Origin: an uncultured Elusimicrobia bacterium
GTDB taxonomy: Bacteria; Elusimicrobiota; Elusimicrobia; 2-02-FULL-39-32
DNA: 64,000 bases
Direction: 5' to 3'
Assembly (NCBI GenBank): GCA_964523525.1
Contig: CAZFYO010000003.1
Location: forward strand, 92,911 to 156,910
A program made the translations under genes and the position numbers. The notes beneath the pieces were generated by a model. The model was given only the letters and a program-made list of their open reading frames with translations, was not told the origin of the DNA and ran no database searches. Of the stretch, positions 48,287 through 57,197 are shown in pieces. Within the stretch, counting starts at the first letter, position 1; every line of letters starts with the position of its first letter.

Positions 48287-49354
48287 ATGCCAAAATTTTA
48301 CGCCAAGATTGACGAAGCCGTCGAAGGCCCCTTCGAGCCGCGCTTATTAAGGTATCTCCCCGGGTTTAATGAGGAAACCCTCGTTTCGCCCGAGGATTTG
48401 AACAGCCAGGATTGGACCCAGGCGCATCACGTCCCCGAGATCCGGCCGCATCTCCACCTCACTCCCGAGCTTTTGCCGCCCTCCGCCTTCGCGCCTCGCG
48501 CGGCGGCTCCGAATGTGTCCGCGCCGCCGGTTTCACCCGCAGAGTCTACTCAGCGCCTCAGCGATCCGGCGGTCTATCCGCCCATGCAGGCCAAGGCGGC
48601 TCCCGATCAGGAGCTCCTGGACGTCATGGAACAGTTTTCCGGCCAGATTCCAGCGGCGTCCGCTCAAAAGCCGGCCGCTCCCGCTGATATTCCGACTTTC
48701 AACCCGCCCGATCTGGGCGCGGCCGATGTATCCACGCTGGTCCCGCCCATGCAGGAGAAGTTCATCCCCAAAAAGGCGGTCAAATCCCGCAAGACACTCT
48801 GGATTTTGCTGGCGATCGCGGTCGTTTCGGCTGCCTTGGGTTATTTGGCCTGGACTATGGGCCTGCTGGACGCCTGGTTGAACCCGGCCGCGCCGCCCGT
48901 CCAGGTTGCACCCCCTCTCGAACCGGTCGCGCTGCCCATTGCGGAGAAGCCGGTTGAGCCGCCCAAGCCGCCGGAAGCGAAAAAGCCCGCCAAGAAGGCG
49001 AAGAAAGCAGTCACTCCGCCTCCCCCGGCGCCCAAACCCAAACCGGTCCGCCAGGATCCGCTCAAAATGCAGAAGTACATGATGCCCGGCGTCCCGTCGC
49101 CCAAGATGGAGGAAAAATCCAAGACTCCCGAAGTGCCAAAGCCGGAAGCGGAAGAGGCAAAGCCGGCGGATGAAGCGGGTCGGGACGCGGCCAAGCCGTC
49201 CCCCGAAAAACCGGACGACGAATATGAGCGCGAATTAAAGAAGGCCAAGAAGAAAGAAGCCGCGGAGAAGAAAAAACCCAAGCCAAAGTCCGCCAACGAT
49301 GAGGATTATTTCGATTTCCAATGGATCGGAGCCGACCCCGGCGAGAAGCGCTGA
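48287..49354 (+). CDS. Proline-rich membrane-anchored protein, hypothetical
   Basis: Single TM helix (LWILLAIAVVSAALGYLAW) flanked by Pro/Ala/Lys-rich low-complexity sequence; start taken as the ATG at 48287 (the track ORF begins at 48260). Confidence 0.5.
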   Translation: MPKFYAKIDEAVEGPFEPRLLRYLPGFNEETLVSPEDLNSQDWTQAHHVPEIRPHLHLTPELLPPSAFAPRAAAPNVSAPPVSPAESTQRLSDPAVYPPMQAKAAPDQELLDVMEQFSGQIPAASAQKPAAPADIPTFNPPDLGAADVSTLVPPMQEKFIPKKAVKSRKTLWILLAIAVVSAALGYLAWTMGLLDAWLNPAAPPVQVAPPLEPVALPIAEKPVEPPKPPEAKKPAKKAKKAVTPPPPAPKPKPVRQDPLKMQKYMMPGVPSPKMEEKSKTPEVPKPEAEEAKPADEAGRDAAKPSPEKPDDEYERELKKAKKKEAAEKKKPKPKSANDEDYFDFQWIGADPGEKR

Positions 49355-49406
49355 TCCGTTGAAGCCGCCCTCGGGCTTTGGTATCATATAAGACAACAGG
49401 TTGAAT

Positions 49407-49479
49407 GTGCCCGTAGCTCAGTTGGTAGAGCACTCGACTTTTAATCGAGTTGTCGAGAGTTCGAATCTCTCCGGGCACA
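49407..49479 (+). tRNA. tRNA-Lys (anticodon UUU)
   Basis: Cloverleaf folded by hand: acceptor stem GTGCCCG/CGGGCAC, D-arm GCTC-AGTTGGTA-GAGC, anticodon stem-loop CTCGA-CTTTTAA-TCGAG, T-arm GAGAG-TTCGAAT-CTCTC, discriminator A; 73 nt. Confidence 0.85.
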
Positions 49480-49523
49480 CCCTTTAACCTTCCTCCTCCC
49501 CAAAGAAAAAAACGCGCAGGATA

Positions 49524-49552
49524 TTGACAATCTGAAGCGTTGGGTGTATAAT
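49524..49552 (+). promoter_or_regulatory. Consensus sigma-70 promoter (TTGACA-N17-TATAAT) upstream of the TetR gene
   Basis: Perfect -35 TTGACA (49524-49529), 17-nt spacer and perfect -10 TATAAT (49547-49552); imperfect palindrome AACCAATC/GGATGGTT just downstream (49553-49568) could be an operator. Confidence 0.5.
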
Positions 49553-49573
49553 AAACCAATCGGATGGTTATTT

Positions 49574-50185
49574 ATGGCTAGACCACATAATTTTGAGGCA
49601 AAACAGCGCATCCTCTGCGCGGCGTACGGGCTCTTCCACGAGAAGGGGTTCCGGGGCGTCAGCATGGATGACGTGGCCGGGGCCGCCAAGGTCAAGAAGG
49701 CCAACCTCTTCCACTATTTCCCGAGCAAGGAAGACCTGGGGCTCGCGGTTTTCGATTACGCCGCCGCCTGCCAGAAGGAGCGGATCCTGAACACCTACGC
49801 CCCGGAAAACAGCGAAGACCCGGTCCGGTTCGTCGGGCAGATCTTTGCGGCGTCGCAGGAGAACATGAAAAAGAACAGCTGCTGCCGGGGCTGTTTCATG
49901 GGGAACTTCGCGCAGGAGATGAGCGACCATAACGAGAAGATCCGCAAAAAGATCGAGCAGTATTTCGATTTCTGGCTGGAACAGATGGCGGACGTGCTGG
50001 AACGGGGGAAGGAAAAGGGCTTCTTCAGGAAGGACCTGAAGCCCAGGGAGTCGGCAGGGGCCATTTTGGCATTACTGGAAGGGGCTCTGATGTTTTCCAA
50101 GACGCGCAAGAACGTGACGGCGCTGCAAAACGCCGGGCGGATGGCCTCGGAATACCTGGAAAATTATCGGACCGCGAGAAATTGA
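49574..50185 (+). CDS. TetR/AcrR-family transcriptional regulator
   Basis: N-terminal HTH typical of TetR (…GFRGVSMDDVAGAAKVKKANLFHYFPSKEDL…); start at the ATG at 49574. Confidence 0.85.
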   Translation: MARPHNFEAKQRILCAAYGLFHEKGFRGVSMDDVAGAAKVKKANLFHYFPSKEDLGLAVFDYAAACQKERILNTYAPENSEDPVRFVGQIFAASQENMKKNSCCRGCFMGNFAQEMSDHNEKIRKKIEQYFDFWLEQMADVLERGKEKGFFRKDLKPRESAGAILALLEGALMFSKTRKNVTALQNAGRMASEYLENYRTARN

Positions 50186-50203
50186 CACTACTAAGGAGAT
50201 AAC

Positions 50204-51100
50204 ATGTCCAACGAGTTGATTGTAGTGACGGCGGCGACGGGGAATATCGGAAGCAAACTGTCCGGGTTGCTGCTGGCGAAGGGAAAAAAGATCCGGGTCG
50301 TGGGGCGCGACGCTTCGAAGCTCGAAACGTTCAAGAAGAAGGGCGCCGAAGCCGCGGTCGGGAACGTGGAAGATCAAGGATTTGTCGAGAAGGCGTTTGC
50401 CGGGGCCGGAGCGGTCTTTACGCTCGTGCCGCCCAATTACGGGACGCCCCAGTTTCGCGCTTATCAGAATAAGGTAGGCGATATTTACGCGAAGGCTCTT
50501 GAAAACTCCGGTGCAACGCACGTGGTAAACCTCAGCAGCGTTGGGGCGCACCTCCCCGAGAAAGTGGGCCCGATCAAGGGGCTTTACGATATCGAGCAGA
50601 AGCTGAACCAGTTAAAGGCGAATGTGATCCATCTGCGCCCGACGTTCTTCATGGAAAACACGCTGATGAACATCGGCCTGATCAAGCAGATGGGAATTAA
50701 CGGAACGCCGATGAAGGCCAGCCTCAAAGTTTCCATGATTGCCACCGCGGATATCGCGAAGGCGGCGGCGGAACGGCTAACGAATCTGAACTGGACGGGA
50801 AAATCGGTGCTGGAGCTTTTCGGCCAGCGGGACCTGACCATGGCGGAAGTGACGGGCATCATCGGAAAGGCGATCAATAAAAGCGATCTAAAGTACGTCG
50901 AGTTTCCTTACGCGGACGCCGAGAAGGCGCTGCTGGGAATGGGGATGTCGGCGGATGCCGCCAAAAACATGGTGGAGATGTATCAGGCCTTTAACGACGG
51001 GATCGTGAAGCCGACGCAGTCGCGGAATGCCGAAACTACGACGGAAACATCCATCGAAAAGTTTGTTGAAACTGTATTCGCAAAAGCGTATCTAAATTAG
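50204..51100 (+). CDS. NmrA-like NAD(P)H-binding protein
   Basis: Rossmann motif (IVVTAATGNIGSKL) and NmrA-like length; adjacent to TetR, a common regulator-target pair. Confidence 0.8.
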   Translation: MSNELIVVTAATGNIGSKLSGLLLAKGKKIRVVGRDASKLETFKKKGAEAAVGNVEDQGFVEKAFAGAGAVFTLVPPNYGTPQFRAYQNKVGDIYAKALENSGATHVVNLSSVGAHLPEKVGPIKGLYDIEQKLNQLKANVIHLRPTFFMENTLMNIGLIKQMGINGTPMKASLKVSMIATADIAKAAAERLTNLNWTGKSVLELFGQRDLTMAEVTGIIGKAINKSDLKYVEFPYADAEKALLGMGMSADAAKNMVEMYQAFNDGIVKPTQSRNAETTTETSIEKFVETVFAKAYLN

Positions 51101-51184
51101 AGAGCTTTGAAGTTATCTTTATAAGGAGGTGAGCATTATGGGTCCGAAAAGTCCTTGTGGTTGCTAGTTCTGAATTATCAGTAA

Positions 51185-51231
51185 AAAAGAGAAAGGCCTG
51201 ATCGCTAACGCGATTACGGCCTTTCTCTTTT
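51185..51231. terminator. Bidirectional intrinsic-terminator-like hairpin between the NmrA-like gene and aceK
   Basis: 14-bp stem (AAAAGAGAAAGGCC / GGCCTTTCTCTTTT) with inner ATCGC/GCGAT stem; U-rich 3' flank on both strands; the aceK stop codon lies in the loop. Confidence 0.5.
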
Positions 51232-52974
51232 GAGGCGGGACGGTTCCTTGTAGGGGAGTATTTCCGCGATTTCGCCGGCTGCGAGGCGCTTCTGGAGGTC
51301 CTGCCAGTAGCGCACCGTGAAGAGGTCGCCGTGGAGCGGGTCGAAGACCTTGCGCATCCTCGGGTCGAGTCCGATGAACGTCCTGAACTCCTGGGGAAAG
51401 ATGTCGGCATCGCCCACGTAGAACCAGGGTTCGCTTTCCAGCTCCTCGCTTTCGTCCCGCGCCGCCGGGACCTCGCGGATATTGCAGTCCGTCAGCAGGC
51501 ATAGCTCATCGTAGTCGTAAAAGACCACCCGTTCGTTGCGGGTCACGCCGAAATTCTTCAGCAAAATGTCGCCCGGAAAGATGTTGGCCTTGGCCATGTC
51601 CTTGATGGCGCTCCCAAAATCCACCGCCGCATCCCGCGCCAGCTCTTCCGGCGCTTCCTTCAAGTAAATGTTGAGCGGCACGACGCGGCGCTCCGTATAG
51701 AGATGGCGGATGATCACGGTGTCGCCGGAAATCGAGACGGATTTGGCGGCCTGTTGAGTGAGCTCCTGCAGAAGCTCTTCAGTGAAGCGGCTCTTATCGA
51801 ACTCCAAATGTTCAAATTCTTGCGCATCCACAAGGCGCCCGGCGCGGTCGTGCTGGAACACGAGGTGGTACTTGGCCAATACCTGCTGGCGCGACGTGCG
51901 TTTTGTGTAACTGAATTTGTCTTTAATGATTTTGAAAACTACGTCATAAGATGGCAGCTCGAACACGGTCATCACCATGCCCTTTTCGCCCGGGGAGATG
52001 CGGAATTTATCTTTTGATTCCTGAAGGTGGCGGTAGAGGTCGCGGTAGAGCTCGGTTTTTCCGTGCTTGTTGAATCCGATGGAAATGTAGAGCTCGGCTT
52101 TGGGCTTTTGCGGCATTATAGACTGCAGGAAATCGACCAGCTCCCGGGGCTTTTTGACCTTCACGTGAAAATAGGAGCGCGTGAAGCTGAATACGATGCT
52201 GACTTCGGAATCATTGAGCAAAACCGCGTCCACCAGGATCTGGCCCGCAGGGTTGCGGAGCGCCAACACCAGCGGCAGTTCGCCTTTGGCGGCGCGGATT
52301 TTACCGACGATAAATGCGCCGTTGCCGCGATAAAAGACGGGCTTGATCACGTCGATCTGTTCGAACTTTGCCGAGCCGAAACGGGATTGGAGCTGCTGTT
52401 CAATGCGCCGCGCGCACAGTTCCGCGTCTCCGCCGATATCTTCGAATGGCGCGTTGAATTCGTAGCGTTTCAGAAGCTCTATCAAAAGGTTCGGCAGGGG
52501 CCCGTTGCTGGGATAGGAACGGTAAATGGGTTTTTCGCTCTGGATCGGCGGCGTATCGAGCTCGGAGTCGAGATACTCCGCGCCGGGCTCGGTGCCAATC
52601 ACCACCATGACCTTGCGCAGGGTGGAGTTGTAAAACGTTTTGGCCAGTTCGATATCCTGCCGCGCCGCTACGAGAGCGGTAAAATTCATTTTAGCCTGCG
52701 ACCAGAGGCGGCTGTCGTTGTGTCCGCTGCCGACCAGCTCCTTGACCTTGGGGATCAGCTGGTTGATGATCTTGGTATAGAGGTCGAGGCGCTCGATGGC
52801 GTCGCGCTGCGCGCCGGTCCAGTCGCACTTCTCGAAACGGGTGCGGGCCCGGGAGGTGATCTCCGTAAATTTTTCCTGATAGATGTTGAACGCTTCGAGG
52901 ATGAGCGCGGCGCAGCCGGCGGCGGCGGCCGCGCGGGCGGCGGGGTCGGAGGAGGAGGACGGTTCGCGGCTCAT
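51214..52974 (-). CDS. aceK: Isocitrate dehydrogenase kinase/phosphatase
   Basis: AceK-family similarity over 586 aa (…NIYQEKF…, kinase-like C-terminal region); divergent from aceB. Coordinates are taken from the ORF track; my own base indexing disagreed by 1 nt near 52.92 kb. Confidence 0.85.
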   Translation of the reverse strand: MSREPSSSSDPAARAAAAAGCAALILEAFNIYQEKFTEITSRARTRFEKCDWTGAQRDAIERLDLYTKIINQLIPKVKELVGSGHNDSRLWSQAKMNFTALVAARQDIELAKTFYNSTLRKVMVVIGTEPGAEYLDSELDTPPIQSEKPIYRSYPSNGPLPNLLIELLKRYEFNAPFEDIGGDAELCARRIEQQLQSRFGSAKFEQIDVIKPVFYRGNGAFIVGKIRAAKGELPLVLALRNPAGQILVDAVLLNDSEVSIVFSFTRSYFHVKVKKPRELVDFLQSIMPQKPKAELYISIGFNKHGKTELYRDLYRHLQESKDKFRISPGEKGMVMTVFELPSYDVVFKIIKDKFSYTKRTSRQQVLAKYHLVFQHDRAGRLVDAQEFEHLEFDKSRFTEELLQELTQQAAKSVSISGDTVIIRHLYTERRVVPLNIYLKEAPEELARDAAVDFGSAIKDMAKANIFPGDILLKNFGVTRNERVVFYDYDELCLLTDCNIREVPAARDESEELESEPWFYVGDADIFPQEFRTFIGLDPRMRKVFDPLHGDLFTVRYWQDLQKRLAAGEIAEILPYKEPSRLKRERP

Positions 52975-53062
52975 GCTATTTCTTATCAGGAATGGCCCGT
53001 TTAATCAAGAGGCAGAAACGAGCCGAAAAAGGCGTGGCAAGTGCGTTGCGTCTCGATGTCCG

Positions 53063-53102
53063 GCGGAAAAAAATAAACTGAAATTTCCGCTTGAAATTTT
53101 CC
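53063..53102. promoter_or_regulatory. Candidate operator in the aceK-aceB divergent intergenic region
   Basis: Inverted repeat GCGGAAA-N14-TTTCCGC (53063-53090) plus direct repeat TGAAATTTCC / TGAAATTTTCC (53079-53102), overlapping a -35-like TTGAAA about 35 nt upstream of the aceB ATG. Confidence 0.3.
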
Positions 53103-53130
53103 TTAACTTCATTAGAGTTAGAGAGCCATT

Positions 53131-54732
53131 ATGCCAAACGACCCCTATTCCGCCCTCGGAGTCCGGTTCACGGAACCGGTCGCGCCGGACCAGCAAAGCA
53201 TCCTTTCGGAGGCCGCGGTCTCCTTTTTAGCCAAACTCGTCCGCGAATTCGGGCCAAGGCGCGCGGAGCTGCTGCGTAAACGCACCGAACGGCAGATGCG
53301 GATTGACGACGGCCTGAGGCCTTCATTTCTGCTGGAAACCCACGGCGTGAGGGAAGGAAACTGGACCTGCGCTCCCATCCCGAAGGATTTGATGGACCGC
53401 CGGGTTGAGATCACCGGTCCCACCGACCGCAAGATGATCATCAACGCGCTCAATTGCGGCGCCAACGTCTTCATGGCGGACTTTGAGGACTCGAACGCTC
53501 CCACCTGGAAGAACATGATCCAGGGCCAGATCAACCTGCGCGACGCGGTCCGCGGCAAAATCGATTTTACCAGCCCCGAGGGCAAGGAATATAAGCTTAA
53601 ACCCAAAACCGCGACCCTGATGGTCCGGCCGCGCGGCTGGCACCTCGAAGAAAAGCACGTGCTTGTCGACGGAAAACCGGTCTCGGCTTCACTTTTTGAT
53701 TTTGCGGTCTTCTTCTTCCACAACGCGCAGGCGCTCATCGATAAAGGCACCGGCCCTTACTTTTATCTGCCCAAAATGGAGAGCCATCTGGAAGCGCGGC
53801 TCTGGAACGACGTATTTTTGCGCGCTCAGGACGAGTTGAAGATTCCGCGCGGCACGATCCGCGCGACCGTGTTGATCGAAACGATCCTGGCGGCCTTCGA
53901 GATGGACGAAATCCTCTATGAGCTGCGCGACCATTCCGCCGGGCTCAACTGCGGGCGATGGGACTACATCTTCAGCTTCATCAAGAAGTTCTGCGCCTAT
54001 CCCGATAATATATTCCCCGACCGCGCCCAGGTCGGCATGACCACCCATTTCCTCCGTTCCTATTCCAAACTGCTCATTCAGACCTGCCACCGGCGCGGCA
54101 TCCACGCGATGGGCGGCATGGCGGCGCAGATTCCCATTAAAAACAATCCCGCGGCCAACGACGCGGCCATGGCCAAGGTGCGGGCCGACAAGGAACGCGA
54201 AGTCACCGACGGCCATGACGGCACCTGGGTGGCGCATCCCGACCTCGTGGGCATCGCCAAAGAGATTTTTGACAAACATATGAAGGGCCCGCATCAAATT
54301 GATAAAAAAATCACCGATCTGAAGGTGACGGCCGAGGATTTATTGATGGTTCCCAAGGGCGATATCACCGAAGCAGGGCTGCGCACCAACATCGACGTGG
54401 GTGTGGCGTATCTCGAAGCCTGGCTGCGCGGACAGGGCTGCGTTCCCATCTACAATTTGATGGAAGACGCCGCGACCTCCGAGATTTCTCGGGCGCAGGT
54501 CTGGCAGTGGATCCATCACCGGGCCAAAATGACCGACGGGCGGATGGTGACCGCCGAGCTGTACCGTTCGCTGCTGAAGGAAGTCATTGAAGCGGTGCGC
54601 TCGCATCTGGGCCAGGAAAAATTTGAGCAGAGCAAATTCGCCTTGGCCAGCCTTCTTTTCGAAAAGATGGTGACGGCCGAACACTTCCCGCAGTTTCTGA
54701 CGCTGGAAGCCTATGGCAAACTCGAGGGATAA
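53131..54732 (+). CDS. aceB: Malate synthase A
   Basis: Malate synthase A family similarity across 533 aa (…[22 protein letters not shown]…[40 protein letters not shown]…). Confidence 0.9.
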   Translation: MPNDPYSALGVRFTEPVAPDQQSILSEAAVSFLAKLVREFGPRRAELLRKRTERQMRIDDGLRPSFLLETHGVREGNWTCAPIPKDLMDRRVEITGPTDRKMIINALNCGANVFMADFEDSNAPTWKNMIQGQINLRDAVRGKIDFTSPEGKEYKLKPKTATLMVRPRGWHLEEKHVLVDGKPVSASLFDFAVFFFHNAQALIDKGTGPYFYLPKMESHLEARLWNDVFLRAQDELKIPRGTIRATVLIETILAAFEMDEILYELRDHSAGLNCGRWDYIFSFIKKFCAYPDNIFPDRAQVGMTTHFLRSYSKLLIQTCHRRGIHAMGGMAAQIPIKNNPAANDAAMAKVRADKEREVTDGHDGTWVAHPDLVGIAKEIFDKHMKGPHQIDKKITDLKVTAEDLLMVPKGDITEAGLRTNIDVGVAYLEAWLRGQGCVPIYNLMEDAATSEISRAQVWQWIHHRAKMTDGRMVTAELYRSLLKEVIEAVRSHLGQEKFEQSKFALASLLFEKMVTAEHFPQFLTLEAYGKLEG

Positions 54733-54736
54733 CTCC

Positions 54737-56035
54737 ATGAACGAATCACAGCGGATCGCGCAGGACTGGAAAAGAAATCCCCGTTGGAAAGGAATCGTTC
54801 GCAATTATTCGCCTGCCGATGTACTGCGTTTGCGCGGGTCCATGAAGATTGAGCATACGCTCGCGCGGCGCGGAGCGGAAAAATTTTGGAAGCTGCTGCA
54901 TTCGGAGCCCTACATTCACGCTTTGGGCGCCATGACGGGCAACCAGGCCGTCGAGATGGTGCAGGCGGGGCTGAAAGCGATCTATTTGAGCGGCTGGCAG
55001 GTTGCCGCCGACGCCAACAATACGGGGCAGATGTATCCCGACCAGAGTTTATATGCCGTGAGCTCGGTGCCCGAGAAGGTGCAGGCGATCAACCGCGCGT
55101 TGCAGCGCGCCGATCAGGTTTGGCACCTCGAGCGGAAGTCCAAGATCGACTGGTTTGCGCCCATTGTGGCCGATGCCGAGGCTGGGTTTGGCGGGGCGTT
55201 GAATGCCTACGAGCTCATGAAGGCGATGATCGAAGCGGGCGCCGCCGCGGTTCACTTTGAAGACCAGCTCGCCAGCGAAAAAAAGTGCGGACACATGGGC
55301 GGCAAAGTCCTCGTGCCCGCGCAGGAGTTTATTCGCAAACTCGAGGCGGCGCGCCTCGCTTCCGACGTGCTCGGGGTCCCGACTTTGATCGTGGCGCGCA
55401 CGGATGCCGATGGAGCCAAGCTTTTAACCAGCGATATCGACGAGCGCGACCAGGAATTCATGACCGGCGAACGGACCGCGGAAGGGTTTTACCGCATCAA
55501 GGCCGGCGTGGACTGCGCCATCGCGCGCGGCGTCGCCTACGCGCCCTACGCGGACCTGGTCTGGTGCGAAACCTCCAAGCCCGATCTGCATGACGCCAAA
55601 AAATTCGCGGAAGGCGTGCTCAAAAAGTATCCCCGCAAGCTGCTGGCCTACAACTGTTCGCCTTCCTTCAACTGGAAATTGAACCTGAGCCCGTCGCAAA
55701 TCGCAAAATTCCAACAGGAAATCGGCCGGATGGGTTATAAATTCCAGTTTGTGACGCTCGCGGGCTTCCACGTGCTGAACGCGGGCATGTTTGAGCTGGC
55801 CTCCGGCTACAAAAAGGCCGGCATGGCCGCCTACTCCAAATTCCAGGAAAAAGAATTCGAGATGGAAAAGAAACAGGGATTTGCCGCCGTCAAACATCAG
55901 AGTTTCGTCGGCGCGGGCTATTTCGATGAGATTCAAAACGTACTGACCGGCGGCCAATCGTCCACAAAGGCGCTCAAAGACTCCACCGAGGAAGACCAGT
56001 TCAAGCCGGGTCAGAAGAAAGGCCGGCGCAAGTAA
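54737..56035 (+). CDS. aceA: Isocitrate lyase
   Basis: Isocitrate lyase active-site region (KKCGHMGGK) and family similarity; start at ATG 54737, 5 nt after the aceB stop. Confidence 0.9.
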   Translation: MNESQRIAQDWKRNPRWKGIVRNYSPADVLRLRGSMKIEHTLARRGAEKFWKLLHSEPYIHALGAMTGNQAVEMVQAGLKAIYLSGWQVAADANNTGQMYPDQSLYAVSSVPEKVQAINRALQRADQVWHLERKSKIDWFAPIVADAEAGFGGALNAYELMKAMIEAGAAAVHFEDQLASEKKCGHMGGKVLVPAQEFIRKLEAARLASDVLGVPTLIVARTDADGAKLLTSDIDERDQEFMTGERTAEGFYRIKAGVDCAIARGVAYAPYADLVWCETSKPDLHDAKKFAEGVLKKYPRKLLAYNCSPSFNWKLNLSPSQIAKFQQEIGRMGYKFQFVTLAGFHVLNAGMFELASGYKKAGMAAYSKFQEKEFEMEKKQGFAAVKHQSFVGAGYFDEIQNVLTGGQSSTKALKDSTEEDQFKPGQKKGRRK

Positions 56036-57169
56036 GTGACGTCAAAAATTTCTTCCTTTAACCCTCCTATCCGCACCCTCCTGGGGCCCGGACCCTCCAA
56101 CCTGCACCCGCGCGTTCTGGCCGCGATGGCCAAACCCACGATTGGGCACCTCGATCCCGAGTTTATCCGCATGATGGACGAGCTGCAGCTGCTTCTGCGC
56201 GACGCTTTTCAGACCCGGAATGAAATGACGATGGTCGTCTCCGGCCCCGGGTCGGCCGGAATGGAAACCTGCTTCGTGAATTTGATCGAACCCGGCGAGA
56301 AAGTGATCGTCTGCCAGAACGGCGTCTTCGGAGGCCGGATGAAGGAGAACGTCGAACGCGCGGGCGGAACCTGCGTTTTGATCGAAGACCCCTGGGGCCG
56401 CGCGGTGGACCCGCAAAAGCTCGAGGACGCGCTCAAGAAAAACCCCGACGCGAAACTGGTCGCTTTCGTCCACGCGGAAACGTCCACGGGCGCGCTGAGC
56501 GACGCGAAGACCCTGGCGCAGATCGCGCACAGCGCGAATTGCCTCGTGATCGCCGATACCGTGACATCTTTGGGCGGCGTTCCGCTTCTGGTGGACGAGT
56601 GGGAGCTGGACGCGGTCTATTCCGGCAGCCAGAAGTGCCTGTCCTGCGCTCCGGGACTGTCGCCCATCACGTTCAGCGAGCGGGCCATGAAGAAAGTGAA
56701 GGGACGCTCCGGCAAGGCGCGCAGCTGGTTCCTGGACCTGAACCTCGTCACGGCCTATTGGAACGCCGGGACAGGGGCCGGCGGCAAGCGGGTCTATCAC
56801 CATACCGCTCCGGTCAACGCTCTTTACGGGCTGCACGAGGCGCTGGTTCTCCTGCAGGAAGAGGGGATCCAAAATTCCTGGGCTCGCCATCAAAAAAATC
56901 ATGAAATTTTGAAAAAAGAGCTGGCCGCGCTGGGCATGACGTTCTTCGTGCCCGAGAAAGAGCGGCTGCCGCAATTGAACGCGGTCGTGATTCCCGAGGG
57001 AAAAGACGACGCGCAGATCCGTTCCCGCCTCCTGAACGAGTTCGGCATCGAAATCGGCGCGGGGCTGGGCGTGCTCGCCGGAAAAATCTGGCGTATCGGC
57101 CTGATGGGCTACTCCTCCAACCCCGAAAACGTCAGGCACCTTAAAGAAGCGCTGAAGAAACTGATTTGA
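56036..57169 (+). CDS. Class V aminotransferase (alanine/serine--glyoxylate aminotransferase-like)
   Basis: PLP fold-type I class V features (…FVHAETSTGAL…VDEWELDAVYSGSQKCLSCAPGLS…); GTG start abutting the aceA stop. Confidence 0.8.
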   Translation: MTSKISSFNPPIRTLLGPGPSNLHPRVLAAMAKPTIGHLDPEFIRMMDELQLLLRDAFQTRNEMTMVVSGPGSAGMETCFVNLIEPGEKVIVCQNGVFGGRMKENVERAGGTCVLIEDPWGRAVDPQKLEDALKKNPDAKLVAFVHAETSTGALSDAKTLAQIAHSANCLVIADTVTSLGGVPLLVDEWELDAVYSGSQKCLSCAPGLSPITFSERAMKKVKGRSGKARSWFLDLNLVTAYWNAGTGAGGKRVYHHTAPVNALYGLHEALVLLQEEGIQNSWARHQKNHEILKKELAALGMTFFVPEKERLPQLNAVVIPEGKDDAQIRSRLLNEFGIEIGAGLGVLAGKIWRIGLMGYSSNPENVRHLKEALKKLI

Positions 57170-57197
57170 TGGCACGCAAAATGAAGGTGAAATCTTG

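Noticed and set aside
49355-49560. Integrated mobile element at tRNA-Lys
   Set aside because: No integrase, no direct repeat of the tRNA 3' end and no sharp composition change were seen downstream; the adjacent genes are an ordinary TetR/NmrA pair.
52900-52980. Apparent 1-nt frame inconsistency between my hand translation and the track near the aceK start
   Set aside because: Most likely my own base-reading error in a GC-rich GCG/GGC repeat; the track translation gives a clean AceK N-terminus, so no frameshift or pseudogene is claimed.
57167-57197. TGGCAC hexamer just before the sigma-54-like gene as a possible -24 sigma-54 promoter element
   Set aside because: No GC dinucleotide at the required +12 spacing (sequence is TGGCAC-gcaaa-ATGAA); the GG-N10-GC geometry is not met.
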